Shown here piece by piece: positions 30,907 to 40,611 of a stretch of DNA of 64,000 nucleotides; the stretch's first letter is position 1, and each line of letters begins with the position of its first letter. The position numbers and the translations under genes are program-made. The stretch is from an uncultured Dehalococcoidaceae bacterium. GTDB taxonomy: Bacteria; Chloroflexota; Dehalococcoidia; Dehalococcoidales; RBG-16-60-22. The notes under the pieces are model-generated. The model searched no databases and was not told the origin of the DNA. It worked only from the letters and a program-made list of their open reading frames with translations. The stretch covers positions 223,486 through 287,485 of the forward strand of contig CAZBMB010000001.1 of NCBI GenBank assembly GCA_964493435.1, read 5' to 3'.

Positions 30907-30915
30907 TGATATACT
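30907..30915 (+). promoter_or_regulatory. Extended -10 element (TGATATACT) upstream of tRNA-Thr
   Basis: TGn+TATACT ends 9 nt before the tRNA 5' end. The -35 is weak. Confidence 0.4.
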
Positions 30916-30924
30916 TTGCCTTGG

Positions 30925-30996
30925 GCCAGCGTAGCTCAGGGGTAGAGCAGCGGTTTCGTAAACCGCCGGTCGTCAGTTCGAATCTGACCGCTGGCT
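30925..30996 (+). tRNA. tRNA-Thr (anticodon CGU)
   Basis: Hand-folded cloverleaf:
- Acceptor stem GCCAGCG/CGCTGGC.
- D arm GCTC-AGGGGTA-GAGC.
- Anticodon stem GCGGT/ACCGC with loop TTCGTAA.
- T arm GTCAG-TTCGAAT-CTGAC.
- Discriminator T.
- CCA is not encoded. Confidence 0.9.
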
Positions 30997-31018
30997 CATG
31001 AATATTAGGGAGCGAAAA

Positions 31019-31846
31019 ATGACCGATTTGCTCTTCGGCACGGCAGGGGTTCCGCACAGTTCCCGTCAACACTCAACCATCAGCGGTATTGAGCGTATTA
31101 TGGAACTGGGCCTGGGCTGTATGGAGATGGAGTTTGTCCAGGGGGTGAAGATGGGAGAGGCGGCCGCCCGGCAGGTTGGTGAGGTGGCAGTCCGCACCGG
31201 TGTCAGGTTATCGGCACACGCTCCGTATTTCATTAACCTGAACTCACCGGATATGGAAAAAGTAAGGGCCAGTCAGGGCCGTATTTTGCAGACGGCGCGT
31301 ATAGTAGCTATCTGCCGCGCGGAAAGCGTGGTGTTTCACCCCGCGTTCTATATGGGGCAGCCGCCAGAGGCTGTATATGAGACCGTAAAGAGATACCTTG
31401 GTGAGGTGTTGAGCCAGCTTGAGCGTGAAGATATCAGGGTGAGCATCCGGCCGGAGGTAACCGGCAAAAGCAGCCAGTTCGGCACTATTGAGGAGCTGAT
31501 AAACCTCAGTGCCGAACTAAAGGGAGTAGCCCCCTGTCTGGACTTTTCCCACTGGCATGCCCGGACCGGCAAATTCAATTCCTATCCGGAGTTCGAAGCT
31601 ATCCTGCTTCAGATAAGGCAGCGTCTGGGAGACGAGGCACTGGCAAACATCCATATTCACGTTTCCGGTATCCACTATGGTAAAAAAGGTGAAATGAAAC
31701 ATCTCAATCTGGAAGAGTCTGACTTGCAGTATAGGGAACTGCTCAGGGCGCTCAAGGATTACAATGTCAAAGGCATGGTGATATGCGAAAGCCCAAATCT
31801 GGAGAGTGATGCACAGCTGTTGCAGGCAGTCTATAATAGTCTGTGA
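31019..31846 (+). CDS. endonuclease IV-like AP endonuclease family 2 / xylose-isomerase-like TIM-barrel protein
   Basis: The ORF starts at 30998, right against the tRNA. ATG 31019 is preceded by GGGAG and is preferred. Motifs HAPYFINL, FHP, DFSHWHA, IHIHVSG and ICESP parallel the Endo IV metal ligands. Confidence 0.7.
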   Translation: MTDLLFGTAGVPHSSRQHSTISGIERIMELGLGCMEMEFVQGVKMGEAAARQVGEVAVRTGVRLSAHAPYFINLNSPDMEKVRASQGRILQTARIVAICRAESVVFHPAFYMGQPPEAVYETVKRYLGEVLSQLEREDIRVSIRPEVTGKSSQFGTIEELINLSAELKGVAPCLDFSHWHARTGKFNSYPEFEAILLQIRQRLGDEALANIHIHVSGIHYGKKGEMKHLNLEESDLQYRELLRALKDYNVKGMVICESPNLESDAQLLQAVYNSL

Positions 31847-31879
31847 TTATCACTAAATAAATATGGTATGGTATATTTG

Positions 31880-31888
31880 TGGTATAAT
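31880..31888 (+). promoter_or_regulatory. Extended -10 element (TGGTATAAT) upstream of ftsH
   Basis: TGn+TATAAT lies 37 nt upstream of the GTG start at 31925. GAGGAG is 6 nt before the start. Confidence 0.45.
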
Positions 31889-31924
31889 TGAGTGTGGTGG
31901 AGGAGATTATACGAGGAGTGAAGT

Positions 31925-33862
31925 GTGAAACCTAGCTGGAAACGTAGCAGCTTAATTTACATCGCCATTTTGCTGGCAGCGGTGGCACTGTTCTCCTATC
32001 TCCTGCCGACGGCGAACAAACCTGAGGAAGTGCCCCTCAGCGAAGTAATTGCCATGTCGCAGGATAAGAAAATCGCCGAAATTACGGTGGAGGATGACCT
32101 GCTGACCATTACCACGGTTGATGATACTGAAGTGAGGGCCTTCAAGGAAAGTAATGCCACCATATATGAAATAGAGGGGCTGGACCTTGAGGGCATTGTG
32201 GTGAATATTGAGGGGTCTTCGGGTATAAACTGGGGGAGCCTGATGCTTAACTTCCTGCCGCTCATTATTTTCGGCGGTCTGCTGTTTTTCCTCTTCCGCC
32301 AGGCGAGGGGGGCGAATAACCAGGCGATGAGTTTTGGTCGCAGCCGCGCCCGACTCTTCCCGGCCAACCGACCCACCGTAACCTTTGCCGATGTGGCTGG
32401 CGTGGAGGAAGCCAAGCAGGAGCTTCTGGAAGTGGTGGAATTTCTCAAATCGAGGGAGAAGTTTCAGGTGCTTGGCGCACGCATCCCGAAAGGCGTGCTT
32501 CTCGTGGGACCGCCGGGAACGGGTAAAACGCTGATGGCCAGAGCCGTAGCCGGTGAGGCCGATGTACCCTTCTTCTCCATAAGCGGCAGTGAATTCGTGG
32601 AGATGTTTGTGGGCGTCGGTGCCTCAAGGGTGCGCGACCTCTTTGACCAGTCAAAGCGTAATGCCCCCTGCATCATCTTCATTGATGAGATTGACGCAGT
32701 GGGTCGCCAGCGGGGTTCCGGTCTGGGTGGTAGTCACGATGAGCGGGAGCAGACCCTCAATCAGATCCTGGTGGAGATGGACGGTTTTGACACCAGTACC
32801 AGTGTAATTGTTATGGCGGCCACCAACCGACCGGACATTCTTGACCCGGCGCTTTTACGGCCCGGCCGCTTTGACCGCAGGGTGATTCTGGACCAGCCGG
32901 ATATCAATGGTCGCACCGCCATCCTGAAGGTACATACCAATGGCAAGCCACTGGACAAAGACGTTGAATTAGAGATTCTGGCCAAGGGCACGGTGGGCCT
33001 GAGCGGCGCTGACCTGGCCAATCTGGTCAATGAAGCGGCTATCCTGGCGGCGCGGCGGAACAAGAGCGCCATCGGGATGAAGGAATTTGAAGAGTCGGTG
33101 GATAGGGTGATTGCCGGACCGGAAAGAAAGAGTCGCAAGATAAGCCCGAGGGAAAAAGAAATAACCGCCTATCATGAAGCGGGACACGCTCTGGTGGCCA
33201 AGATGCTGCCCAATGCCGACCCGGTACATAAGATTTCAATTGTGGCGCGGGGCATGTCGCTCGGCCATACTCGCCAGCTGCCCATTGAAGATAGGCACCT
33301 GATGACGAAATCGCAGTTCAAGGATATGCTGGCCGGCCTTCTGGGCGGCCATACTGCGGAGAAACTAATCTTCAACGAAATGAGCACCGGTGCCCAGAAT
33401 GACATTGAGCAGGCTACCAAGATCGCGCGGGCGATGGTCACCAGTTTTGGCATGAGTGATAAGCTCGGGCCGCGTACTTTCGGGCGCAAAGAGGAGATGG
33501 TTTTCCTCGGCCGGGAAATTTCAGAGCAGAGGGACTACAGCGATAAAATCGCCGAACAGATTGATGAAGAGGTCTATGGTTTTATTGAAGAGGCTCGCGA
33601 GACGGCGTGTGAGATTTTGACCAGGCACCAGGATAAGTTAGTAGCGGTAGCCGAAGAGCTTATGGCTCGGGAAACGTTGGAGGGAGATGACCTGGAGGCT
33701 ATCCTGAGCGAAACGGCGCTGAGACCATCAAGGAAGGTCAGACCAGAGCCAAAACCGGTGCCGGTAGAGCCGGTTGGTGAGGCTGAGCCAGCGACCAAAT
33801 CACGGAAGGCGCCTCTGGTACCTCGCCTAGTTCCCAAGCAGACACCGGCATCTCCTGATTAA
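31925..33862 (+). CDS. ftsH: ATP-dependent zinc metalloprotease FtsH
   Basis: 645 aa; GTG start; two N-terminal TM segments, Walker A GPPGTGKT, Walker [12 protein letters not shown] region, HEAGH zinc site. Confidence 0.95.
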   Translation: MKPSWKRSSLIYIAILLAAVALFSYLLPTANKPEEVPLSEVIAMSQDKKIAEITVEDDLLTITTVDDTEVRAFKESNATIYEIEGLDLEGIVVNIEGSSGINWGSLMLNFLPLIIFGGLLFFLFRQARGANNQAMSFGRSRARLFPANRPTVTFADVAGVEEAKQELLEVVEFLKSREKFQVLGARIPKGVLLVGPPGTGKTLMARAVAGEADVPFFSISGSEFVEMFVGVGASRVRDLFDQSKRNAPCIIFIDEIDAVGRQRGSGLGGSHDEREQTLNQILVEMDGFDTSTSVIVMAATNRPDILDPALLRPGRFDRRVILDQPDINGRTAILKVHTNGKPLDKDVELEILAKGTVGLSGADLANLVNEAAILAARRNKSAIGMKEFEESVDRVIAGPERKSRKISPREKEITAYHEAGHALVAKMLPNADPVHKISIVARGMSLGHTRQLPIEDRHLMTKSQFKDMLAGLLGGHTAEKLIFNEMSTGAQNDIEQATKIARAMVTSFGMSDKLGPRTFGRKEEMVFLGREISEQRDYSDKIAEQIDEEVYGFIEEARETACEILTRHQDKLVAVAEELMARETLEGDDLEAILSETALRPSRKVRPEPKPVPVEPVGEAEPATKSRKAPLVPRLVPKQTPASPD

Positions 33863-33880
33863 AATCCGTGGGAGAAGGTG

Positions 33881-33907
33881 AAGAGGGGGCCATGCCCCCT
33901 CTTTTTT
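33881..33907 (+). terminator. Intrinsic terminator after ftsH
   Basis: AAGAGGGGG-CCATG-CCCCCTCTT followed by TTTT. Confidence 0.7.
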
Positions 33908-33911
33908 ATAT

Positions 33912-34319
33912 TTGATGATTAAAATTACAAATAGGCCAATCTCGCCGGAATCAGTGGTAAATGAGGTCAAAGTCAGCAGCAGCGGCTGCGTGGTTACCTA
34001 TGTTGGCGTGATACGTGACTACTCCCGTGGCAGGCAGGTTAAATCCGTCGCCTATGAGGACGTTTCCGGTAAAGCGGAGCAAAAGCTGCGGGAAATCGCT
34101 GATGAAATCAAACGGCAGTGGCCAGTGGACAACGTGGCTATTCACCACCGGGCGGGCAAGCTGGAGGTCGGTGACATCAATCTGGTCGTTGCCATTGCGG
34201 CGGCACACCGTGCCGAGGGATTTGCCGCCTGCCAATATGCCATTGACCGGTTCAAACAGGAACTGCCGACAAGCAAAAAGGAGACCTACTTGGACGGCAG
34301 CGTCCGGGAAGGGGATTAA
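33912..34319 (+). CDS. MoaE-like molybdopterin synthase catalytic subunit family protein
   Basis: 135 aa. GCVVTYVGVIRD, VAIHHRAGKLEVGDINLVVAIAAAHRAEGFAAC and a KKE-containing C-terminal segment fit the MoaE fold. There is no moaD or other moa gene nearby. Confidence 0.65.
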   Translation: MMIKITNRPISPESVVNEVKVSSSGCVVTYVGVIRDYSRGRQVKSVAYEDVSGKAEQKLREIADEIKRQWPVDNVAIHHRAGKLEVGDINLVVAIAAAHRAEGFAACQYAIDRFKQELPTSKKETYLDGSVREGD

Positions 34320-34363
34320 AGATTAATTGCCCCATTTCTGGGGTAAGAATCATAACCGCTTCG

Positions 34364-35329
34364 CTAGTAGTTGCGAGCAACAACGTACTCAGCGAGGCTG
34401 AACAGCGCCTCCCGGCTGCTATTCTCGGGAAGCTGGTTAAGATGCTGGCAGGCTTTGGTGCAGTATTCGGTGGCAACGGCGTAGCATTCATCTACAATCG
34501 GTGAATTGCGTATCAGCTCTATTGCCTGCTTGATGTTACCCTGCTCGTCTCGGTTCTCAAAGCGCCGTTTTACCGGGTTGTCTTCAGGGTAACGTTTCAG
34601 CAGAAGCATGGCCGGCAGAGTAAGGGTTCCCTGCGTCAGGTCCGAGCCGACCGGCTTGCCCAGCTCTTCCTCGGTACCGATGAAGTCCAGGATATCGTCC
34701 ACTATCTGGAAGGCAATGCCCAGGTGATGCCCGTAGTCTCTGAGTATCTTGACTGATTTCTCTGGAGCTTCGCTCAGGACGGCTCCTGACTCGGTGGCCA
34801 GGGAGAAGAGGGAGGCGGTCTTACCGGATATCTTTTTGAAGTACTGCTCCCGCGTCTGCTTCAGATTATAGGCACTGAAGAACTGGTTCAGTTCACCACT
34901 GGAGATGGTGGCCAGCGTCTGGGAAAAGAGCTTGATAACGCGCGGGCATTGCGTATCCGAGACGAATTCACCTGCCTTGGCAAAGAGGTAGTCACCAAGC
35001 AGTATGGCTGGTTCCTCGCCCCAGAGTTTAAAAATGGTTGCTCTCCCGCGCCGTGACGTTGATTTGTCAATAGCGTCATCGTGTATAAGAGTAGCCGTGT
35101 GCATCAGTTCCACGGACGCGGCCATGGGCATGAGGAATTTCAGATTGTACTGGTAAAATTTGCCTGACAGTAGTGTCAGGGCCGGTCTGATGCCTTTCCC
35201 GCCGCCACCCACCACATAGTCCAGCTGCTTGGCGAGCCAGGGAAAATCAACCTTGATAATCGACCTGAGGCATTCTTTTACCTGAGACAGGTCACCCTGT
35301 ATTGACTGGTACACCGCGTTGAGGTCCAA
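34364..35329 (-). CDS. polyprenyl diphosphate synthase (trans-isoprenyl diphosphate synthase family)
   Basis: 321 aa; first DDxxD (LIHDDAIDKS) and second DDxxD (QIVDDILD) motifs. Confidence 0.88.
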   Translation of the reverse strand: MDLNAVYQSIQGDLSQVKECLRSIIKVDFPWLAKQLDYVVGGGGKGIRPALTLLSGKFYQYNLKFLMPMAASVELMHTATLIHDDAIDKSTSRRGRATIFKLWGEEPAILLGDYLFAKAGEFVSDTQCPRVIKLFSQTLATISSGELNQFFSAYNLKQTREQYFKKISGKTASLFSLATESGAVLSEAPEKSVKILRDYGHHLGIAFQIVDDILDFIGTEEELGKPVGSDLTQGTLTLPAMLLLKRYPEDNPVKRRFENRDEQGNIKQAIELIRNSPIVDECYAVATEYCTKACQHLNQLPENSSREALFSLAEYVVARNY

Positions 35330-35345
35330 ATATCTCCTTTCCCAC

Positions 35346-37022
35346 CTATGAAGGTGCTTGGCCGAGCTTCTTGGTCTCCTCCTCTACCAGGCTGTCATCA
35401 AACTTGGTGAACAGGGGTTGTGGTGGCAGCAGCTCCTGCCCCGGCGGCAGTTCCTGCCAGCTCCAGCCACGAGCTTCAACGCTACCTGGAAAGCCCAGGT
35501 ACTCATGTAATTTCTGGGAGCTGAAAGGCAGGAAGGGATAGAGCATTGTTTTCAGGTTGGCAATCACATTTAAGGCAACGTATAGAGACCTGGCGGCTGC
35601 CTGGCGCTCCTCTTTGATAGTTTTCCAGGGCGACTTGTCATCCAGGTAACGGTTGGCTTCCTGCGCCAGGGCCATGGCCGTCCTGATGGCTTCACGGAAG
35701 TGGCAGCCGTGGAGCAATCCGTCCATTGTCTCCAGAGTCTTCCTGGCGGAAGAAAGAATCTCGCTATCCTGAGCGTCAAATTCCCCGTGTTCCGGCACCT
35801 TGCCCTCAAAGTTGCGGTAAACAAAGGTGAGCACGCGGTGCACCAGGTTGCCGTAGGTGGCCACCAGCTCGTCGTTGTTGCGCCGCACGAACTCACGCCA
35901 GGAGAAATCGGTGTCAGACGTCTCCGGCATATTGATGGAAAGGAGATAGCGCAGGGGGTCGGGGTCATAGTGGTCGAGATAATCAAGCAGCCAGACCGCC
36001 CAGTTTTTGCTGGTGGACAGCTTTCTGCCTTCAATGGTCAAAAATTCATTTGCCGGGACGTCATAGGGCAGGTTCAGGTTGTCCCCGTAGCCCATCAGCA
36101 TCGCCGGCCAGATGAGGGTATGGAAGGGTATATTGTCCTTGCCGATGAAATAGTAGCTCTTGGCATCGCTATTTTGCCAGAAATCGCGCCATTTTTCGCC
36201 ATCGCCGTATGAGGCAGCCCATTCCTTGGCCGCGGACAGGTAGCCGATGACAGCTTCAAACCAGACGTAGATTCTCTTGTCTTCAAAGCCGGCGACGGGT
36301 ATAGCCACTCCCCACTCTATATCACGTGTGATGGCCCGGTCTTTCAACCCTTCCTCAAGATAGCGCAGGCTGAAATTCAGCACGTTGGGTCGCCAGTGTT
36401 TCTGCTTTTTCACCCAGTCCAATAGACGGTCATTGAAGGCGGACAGTTTCAGGAAGAAATGCTCGGTATCCCGGAAGGTGGGCGTGGCGCTGCAGATGCG
36501 ACATTCCGGGTCGATGAGTTCGGCGGGGCTCAGGGGCTTACCACATGCCTCGCACTGGTCGCCGCGCGCCCCGGGGGAATTGCAGTAAGGGCATATCCCC
36601 TCGATATAGCGGTCGGCGAGGAAGCGCTGGCACTTGGGACAGTATGGCTGCGATAGCGTATTCTTGAAGATATACCCGCGGTCAAGCAAGGCGAGAAAGA
36701 TATCCTGCGTCACCCGGGCATGGTTTTCCGTGCCGGTGGAGGTGAAGAGGTCAAACGAGATGCCGAACTTCTGCCACGACTCAAGAAACTGCTGGTGGTA
36801 CCTGGCAGCGATTTCACCTGGCTTTTTACCTTCCTGTTCAGCCTTGATGGTGATGGGTGTGCCGTGCTGGTCAGAGCCCGAGACCATCAGCACCTCATTG
36901 CCCTTGGTGCGGTGGTAGCGGGCAAAGATATCGGGAGGCAGGTAGGCACCGGCAATCTGCCCCAGGTGCAGGGAGCCGTTGGCATATGGCCAGGCAACGG
37001 CAATAAAGATTTTCTCTGGCAT
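35346..37022 (-). CDS. metG: methionine--tRNA ligase
   Basis: 558 aa; HIGH-region PYANGSLHLGQ, Zn knuckles CPKC/CPYC/CEAC/CRIC, KMSKS-like KLSTSK. Confidence 0.93.
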   Translation of the reverse strand: MPEKIFIAVAWPYANGSLHLGQIAGAYLPPDIFARYHRTKGNEVLMVSGSDQHGTPITIKAEQEGKKPGEIAARYHQQFLESWQKFGISFDLFTSTGTENHARVTQDIFLALLDRGYIFKNTLSQPYCPKCQRFLADRYIEGICPYCNSPGARGDQCEACGKPLSPAELIDPECRICSATPTFRDTEHFFLKLSAFNDRLLDWVKKQKHWRPNVLNFSLRYLEEGLKDRAITRDIEWGVAIPVAGFEDKRIYVWFEAVIGYLSAAKEWAASYGDGEKWRDFWQNSDAKSYYFIGKDNIPFHTLIWPAMLMGYGDNLNLPYDVPANEFLTIEGRKLSTSKNWAVWLLDYLDHYDPDPLRYLLSINMPETSDTDFSWREFVRRNNDELVATYGNLVHRVLTFVYRNFEGKVPEHGEFDAQDSEILSSARKTLETMDGLLHGCHFREAIRTAMALAQEANRYLDDKSPWKTIKEERQAAARSLYVALNVIANLKTMLYPFLPFSSQKLHEYLGFPGSVEARGWSWQELPPGQELLPPQPLFTKFDDSLVEEETKKLGQAPS

Positions 37023-37031
37023 CAGATAACC

Positions 37032-37268
37032 TTATTCACTTTCGGGAACGCCGGACTCTAGGAAGGTCAGTATCCGCTCGCCTTTTTCCGTTTTATATTG
37101 GGCGTAACCTTTCTTCAGACAGCACTCAACGCAGTACCGCTTGGTTTCTCCCTCCTCGTCTTCAATGCCGTCCCGCTCTTCGACGGCAAGATAGCGCTCG
37201 GGGTAGGGGATATTGCGCTGACACTCGTCGCATTTTACTTCTCCCAGCGAAATGCACCCACGACGCAT
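37032..37268 (-). CDS. hypothetical zinc-ribbon protein
   Basis: 78 aa; CDEC...CVEC cysteine pairs; tightly packed between rsmI and metG on the same strand. Confidence 0.55.
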   Translation of the reverse strand: MRRGCISLGEVKCDECQRNIPYPERYLAVEERDGIEDEEGETKRYCVECCLKKGYAQYKTEKGERILTFLESGVPESE

Positions 37269-37272
37269 GGCT

Positions 37273-38136
37273 TTAACTCCTCTCCAGACTGTGACATGGA
37301 CCCCGTTTCTTGGCCGAGGACTTATCCAGGTTCAGCCATGCCCGGTACAGCTCGCGGCGGGAGAGGCCGGTCTCAGCAGCCACACTGGCGATGGCTTCCT
37401 TTGCCTTGATGCCACGTTGATACATGTCACCTAACTGTTTCTCTATATCCTTATTCAATTTTGGCTGACTGGTGTCTCTTTTGCCTTCAATAACCAGCGT
37501 AAATTCGCCTCTAGGCTCGGTAAAGCGGGCGACGGCCTGGCTGACGGTTCCCCGGAACACTTCTTCATGAAGTTTGGTGAGTTCACGGCAGACCGCGAGC
37601 TGCCGGTTGCCCAGTACCAGCTGCAGGTCATTGAGTGTCTGCTGCACCCGGTGCGGTGCTTCCAGAATAACCAGGGTCCCCGTTTCCTGAGCCACTGATT
37701 TCAATGCCTGTCTTCGGGCACTGGCTCTGCGGGGAAGAAAGCCCAGATAGAGGAAGCGGTCGGTGGGCAGTCCGGAAACCACCAGCGCCGTGATGACCGC
37801 AGACGGGCCGGGTACCGGGATAACCGGAATACCACTCCGGTTGGCGGCTCCGATAAGCTCATAGCCGGGGTCGGATACTCCTGGCATTCCGGCTTCGGAG
37901 ACCAGAGCCACATCACCTTCTTTCAGGTAATTCAAAATGTAATCAAGTTTGGCCTTTTCGTTGTGCTCGTGGTAACTGGTCATCGGCGTCTGAATATCGT
38001 AAGTTTTCAACAGGCGTTTGGTTTTGCGCGTATCCTCGGCGGCTATCAATCTGACTTCACGCAGAACACGCAGGGCACGGAGGGAGATGTCTTCCAGATT
38101 ACCGATCGGAGTTGCCACCACGTATAAATTAGGCAT
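37273..38136 (-). CDS. rsmI: 16S rRNA (cytidine1402-2'-O)-methyltransferase RsmI
   Basis: 287 aa; LYVVATPIGNLEDISLRALRVL..IAAEDTR tetrapyrrole-methylase-fold signature. Confidence 0.9.
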   Translation of the reverse strand: MPNLYVVATPIGNLEDISLRALRVLREVRLIAAEDTRKTKRLLKTYDIQTPMTSYHEHNEKAKLDYILNYLKEGDVALVSEAGMPGVSDPGYELIGAANRSGIPVIPVPGPSAVITALVVSGLPTDRFLYLGFLPRRASARRQALKSVAQETGTLVILEAPHRVQQTLNDLQLVLGNRQLAVCRELTKLHEEVFRGTVSQAVARFTEPRGEFTLVIEGKRDTSQPKLNKDIEKQLGDMYQRGIKAKEAIASVAAETGLSRRELYRAWLNLDKSSAKKRGPCHSLERS

Positions 38137-38215
38137 GAATGCTCAATGTCCCCAACTTAATTATTATAGCCTACGCTTCATAACCTGTCTAGCTTTGAGC
38201 TGATTGAGGAATTTC

Positions 38216-38245
38216 TTGACTTGTTCTCCGGCTTTTTGTTATAGT
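38216..38245 (+). promoter_or_regulatory. Putative promoter TTGACT-18-TATAGT immediately upstream of the GuaB3-like gene
   Basis: The -10 ends 10 nt before ATG 38256 and no Shine-Dalgarno lies in between. This suggests a leaderless or near-leaderless mRNA. Confidence 0.45.
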
Positions 38246-38255
38246 TGATATTCAA

Positions 38256-39416
38256 ATGATGTCAAAAAAGACGGAATCCCCCCAGTATAAACAACTGCGA
38301 CGAGCCTATGGTTTTGATGAAGTGGCCATCGTCCCCGGAGACGTCACGGTTAACCCTGACCAGACCAATATCGACCTGACCATAGAGAACTACACGTTCT
38401 CCCTGCCCATTATTGCTTCGGCTATGGACGCGGTAACCGACGTCGATTTTGCGGTGCAGCTGAGCAAGATGGGCGGCTTGGCCGTTCTTCACCTTGAGGG
38501 CGTGCAGACGCGTTATAAAAATCCCAATGAGGTACTGGCCAGAATCGCGCAGGCGCCGCAGTCCGAAATAACCAGCCTGATGCAGGAAGTCTATGCCGAG
38601 CCAATAAAAGAGAATCTCATCGGGGAGCGAGTTCAGGAAATCAAGAAGCGGGGTGGCACCTGCGCCGTTTCGGTAACGCCGGCCAATACCAAGCGCTTTG
38701 CCCCGATAACGGCTGAGGCCGGTGCCGATATACTGTTTGTCCAGTCAACAGTGACTACGGCGCGCCATATTTCTAAAAGTTACCGCGGCCTGATTTTCTC
38801 CGAGCTGCGGGAGTTGGTACCTATGCCGGTGGTGGTGGGCAACTGCGTCAGCTACAGCGCCTGTCTGGATGTGATGCGCACCGGTATCTCGGCGGTGCTG
38901 GTCGGCGTTGGGCCGGGGGCTGCCTGTACCACCAGAGAGGTCCTCGGCGTCGGCGTCCCCCAGGTGACGGCGACCATCGACTGCGCCGCTGCCAGAGACC
39001 AGTATTACCGTGAGACGGGCCGGTACGTGCCAATAATCACCGATGGCGGCTTCCGCAAGGGCGGTGATGTCTGCAAGGGGCTGGCGGCCGGTGCCGATGC
39101 CGTGATGCTCGGCTCTATCTTTGCCCAGGCGAAAGAGGCGCCGGGACTGGGCTATCACTGGGGTATGGCTCATCCCCACCCGGCACTGCCCCGGGGCACC
39201 CGAATCAAGGTTGGCACCACTGGCACGCTGGAGCAGATTCTCTTTGGGCCAACATCGGTCACCGATGGTAGCCAGAACATCGTCGGGGCCATCCGCACTG
39301 CGATGGGCGTCTGTGGGGTAACCACGATTCGGGAAATGCACCAGGCAGAGATGGTAATTGCCCCGACGATTACCACAGAGGGCAAGTCCTGGCAGAAAGC
39401 TCAGTCCGGTTCCTGA
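38256..39416 (+). CDS. GuaB3-type IMP dehydrogenase-related protein (no CBS pair)
   Basis: 386 aa; YGFDEVAIVPGD N-terminus and TIM-barrel IMPDH/GMPR family motifs (GVGPGAACTTR, ITDGG). The length is consistent with the CBS-less GuaB3 group. Confidence 0.8.
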   Translation: MMSKKTESPQYKQLRRAYGFDEVAIVPGDVTVNPDQTNIDLTIENYTFSLPIIASAMDAVTDVDFAVQLSKMGGLAVLHLEGVQTRYKNPNEVLARIAQAPQSEITSLMQEVYAEPIKENLIGERVQEIKKRGGTCAVSVTPANTKRFAPITAEAGADILFVQSTVTTARHISKSYRGLIFSELRELVPMPVVVGNCVSYSACLDVMRTGISAVLVGVGPGAACTTREVLGVGVPQVTATIDCAAARDQYYRETGRYVPIITDGGFRKGGDVCKGLAAGADAVMLGSIFAQAKEAPGLGYHWGMAHPHPALPRGTRIKVGTTGTLEQILFGPTSVTDGSQNIVGAIRTAMGVCGVTTIREMHQAEMVIAPTITTEGKSWQKAQSGS

Positions 39417-39435
39417 GTCTGACCAGGATAAAGGA

Positions 39436-40206
39436 CTACTCTTCTTCTTCCTCTTCCTCCACATCAGCAGCGGCGGCGCCTGGTTCCTCGGTGATGCGTG
39501 GTAATAAAGCGGTCACCCTTTTCCGCGGTCGCGTCGGGAAGTCCGACTTATTGATTACTTGACGCAGTTCCTTGAGCTTTGCTGCCTGTTGGGCTGCTTT
39601 CACCGTAATGACCACACCGTCCATCCCTGCCTGCCACAGGGCCTTGAGTTCATCGCCGCCAACCGACATTGGCACGGTGGTAAGCAACGGTTTGGATAGA
39701 AGGTTGGCAAGTCGCTGACACAGCATGAGCCGGTGCCAGGTAATAACCGGCGCTTCCTCTTCGTCATCGGCCAGCAGTACCGCGTCTGCCGGCAGCTCGT
39801 TTATCGCTCTTAGCAGACCTTCACTTAAAGATGATTCAATGAGCAGGATTTTACCCATCTTCTCAATGCCCGCAAGGTCGAACGCTGAATTCAGAGGCAG
39901 GATAGCAAAATCGGCGCCAGCCTGGATATAACTTTTTAACTGCGGGACGTTTTCCCCTTCCAGCCACAGTCCCCAGACCGTGTTGGGTGGGGAGGGAAAA
40001 ACATCCTTTCCGGTGCTGGTTGGCGCTATGATGACCGCATCGGCGGCGGAAGCATAATCTGCCAGTTGCGCAGTGTTTTCTGGCGCCTCAATTCTGGCAA
40101 TAAGCGCCATCTTGGGCTTTGACGGTACTGTCCTGCTAGCTTTGAATCCCATCGGCAGGGAAATCGTTTCCGTGGTCTGGATAAGTCTATCGATAAGCTT
40201 GCTCAT
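39436..40206 (-). CDS. hypothetical protein with poly-Glu C-terminus
   Basis: 256 aa. An alternating beta/alpha-like pattern (ADAVIIAP, GADFAILP, ADAVLLADD, GMDGVVITV) ends in DVEEEEEEE. I recognise no family. Confidence 0.5.
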   Translation of the reverse strand: MSKLIDRLIQTTETISLPMGFKASRTVPSKPKMALIARIEAPENTAQLADYASAADAVIIAPTSTGKDVFPSPPNTVWGLWLEGENVPQLKSYIQAGADFAILPLNSAFDLAGIEKMGKILLIESSLSEGLLRAINELPADAVLLADDEEEAPVITWHRLMLCQRLANLLSKPLLTTVPMSVGGDELKALWQAGMDGVVITVKAAQQAAKLKELRQVINKSDFPTRPRKRVTALLPRITEEPGAAAADVEEEEEEE

Positions 40207-40410
40207 GCCACCTCATTGTGTCAGATAAATATCCCCATTTAAGGGCTGATTCAGGATTAGTATAGCACAGAGCTGGCGGCGGTCGGAAATGGCCGGAATG
40301 TTCCCATTATTTTAACAGAGTTTCAATGCCTCTTTTATGGGGAATTAATTGCACAGAGTTAAGATGGAGATAGGACTATAAAGACAGATGAAAAAGGAGG
40401 CGGCAGAGAG

Positions 40411-40608
40411 ATGATTAAAACGGTGATAAGGATGAGGAATGACCTGGTTATGGTCTTTGATAGCCGGGGAGAACAGATGACTGCCTATCAGGGTCCATAT
40501 GACAAGGTTCGGGGGAAGATTATCAATGATGCTCCTCTGGATGCCGTGTTTATTGAATGGTTTGGCAGTGACGCTATTCCAGAAACCGTAAGCAGAGAGG
40601 CATGGTAG
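40411..40608 (+). CDS. hypothetical small protein
   Basis: 65 aa; strong AAAGGAGG 8 nt upstream; no recognisable motif. Confidence 0.5.
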   Translation: MIKTVIRMRNDLVMVFDSRGEQMTAYQGPYDKVRGKIINDAPLDAVFIEWFGSDAIPETVSREAW

Positions 40609-40611
40609 TCA

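Noticed and set aside
30925-30996. tRNA-Thr as an integration site for a genomic island
   Set aside because: I saw no integrase, no duplicated tRNA 3' segment and no compositional break next to the tRNA. The neighbouring genes (M42 peptidase, endonuclease IV-like, ftsH) are housekeeping.
30845-31072. 75-aa minus-strand ORF spanning the tRNA-Thr gene
   Set aside because: It reads straight through a well-folded tRNA, and its sequence (..VRFELTTGGLRNRCSTPELR..) is simply the tRNA antisense translation. It is spurious.
33912-34319. Stand-alone moaE-like gene without moaD or other molybdopterin genes nearby
   Set aside because: This cannot be evaluated without the rest of the genome, because scattered moa genes are common. 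It was kept as a feature only.
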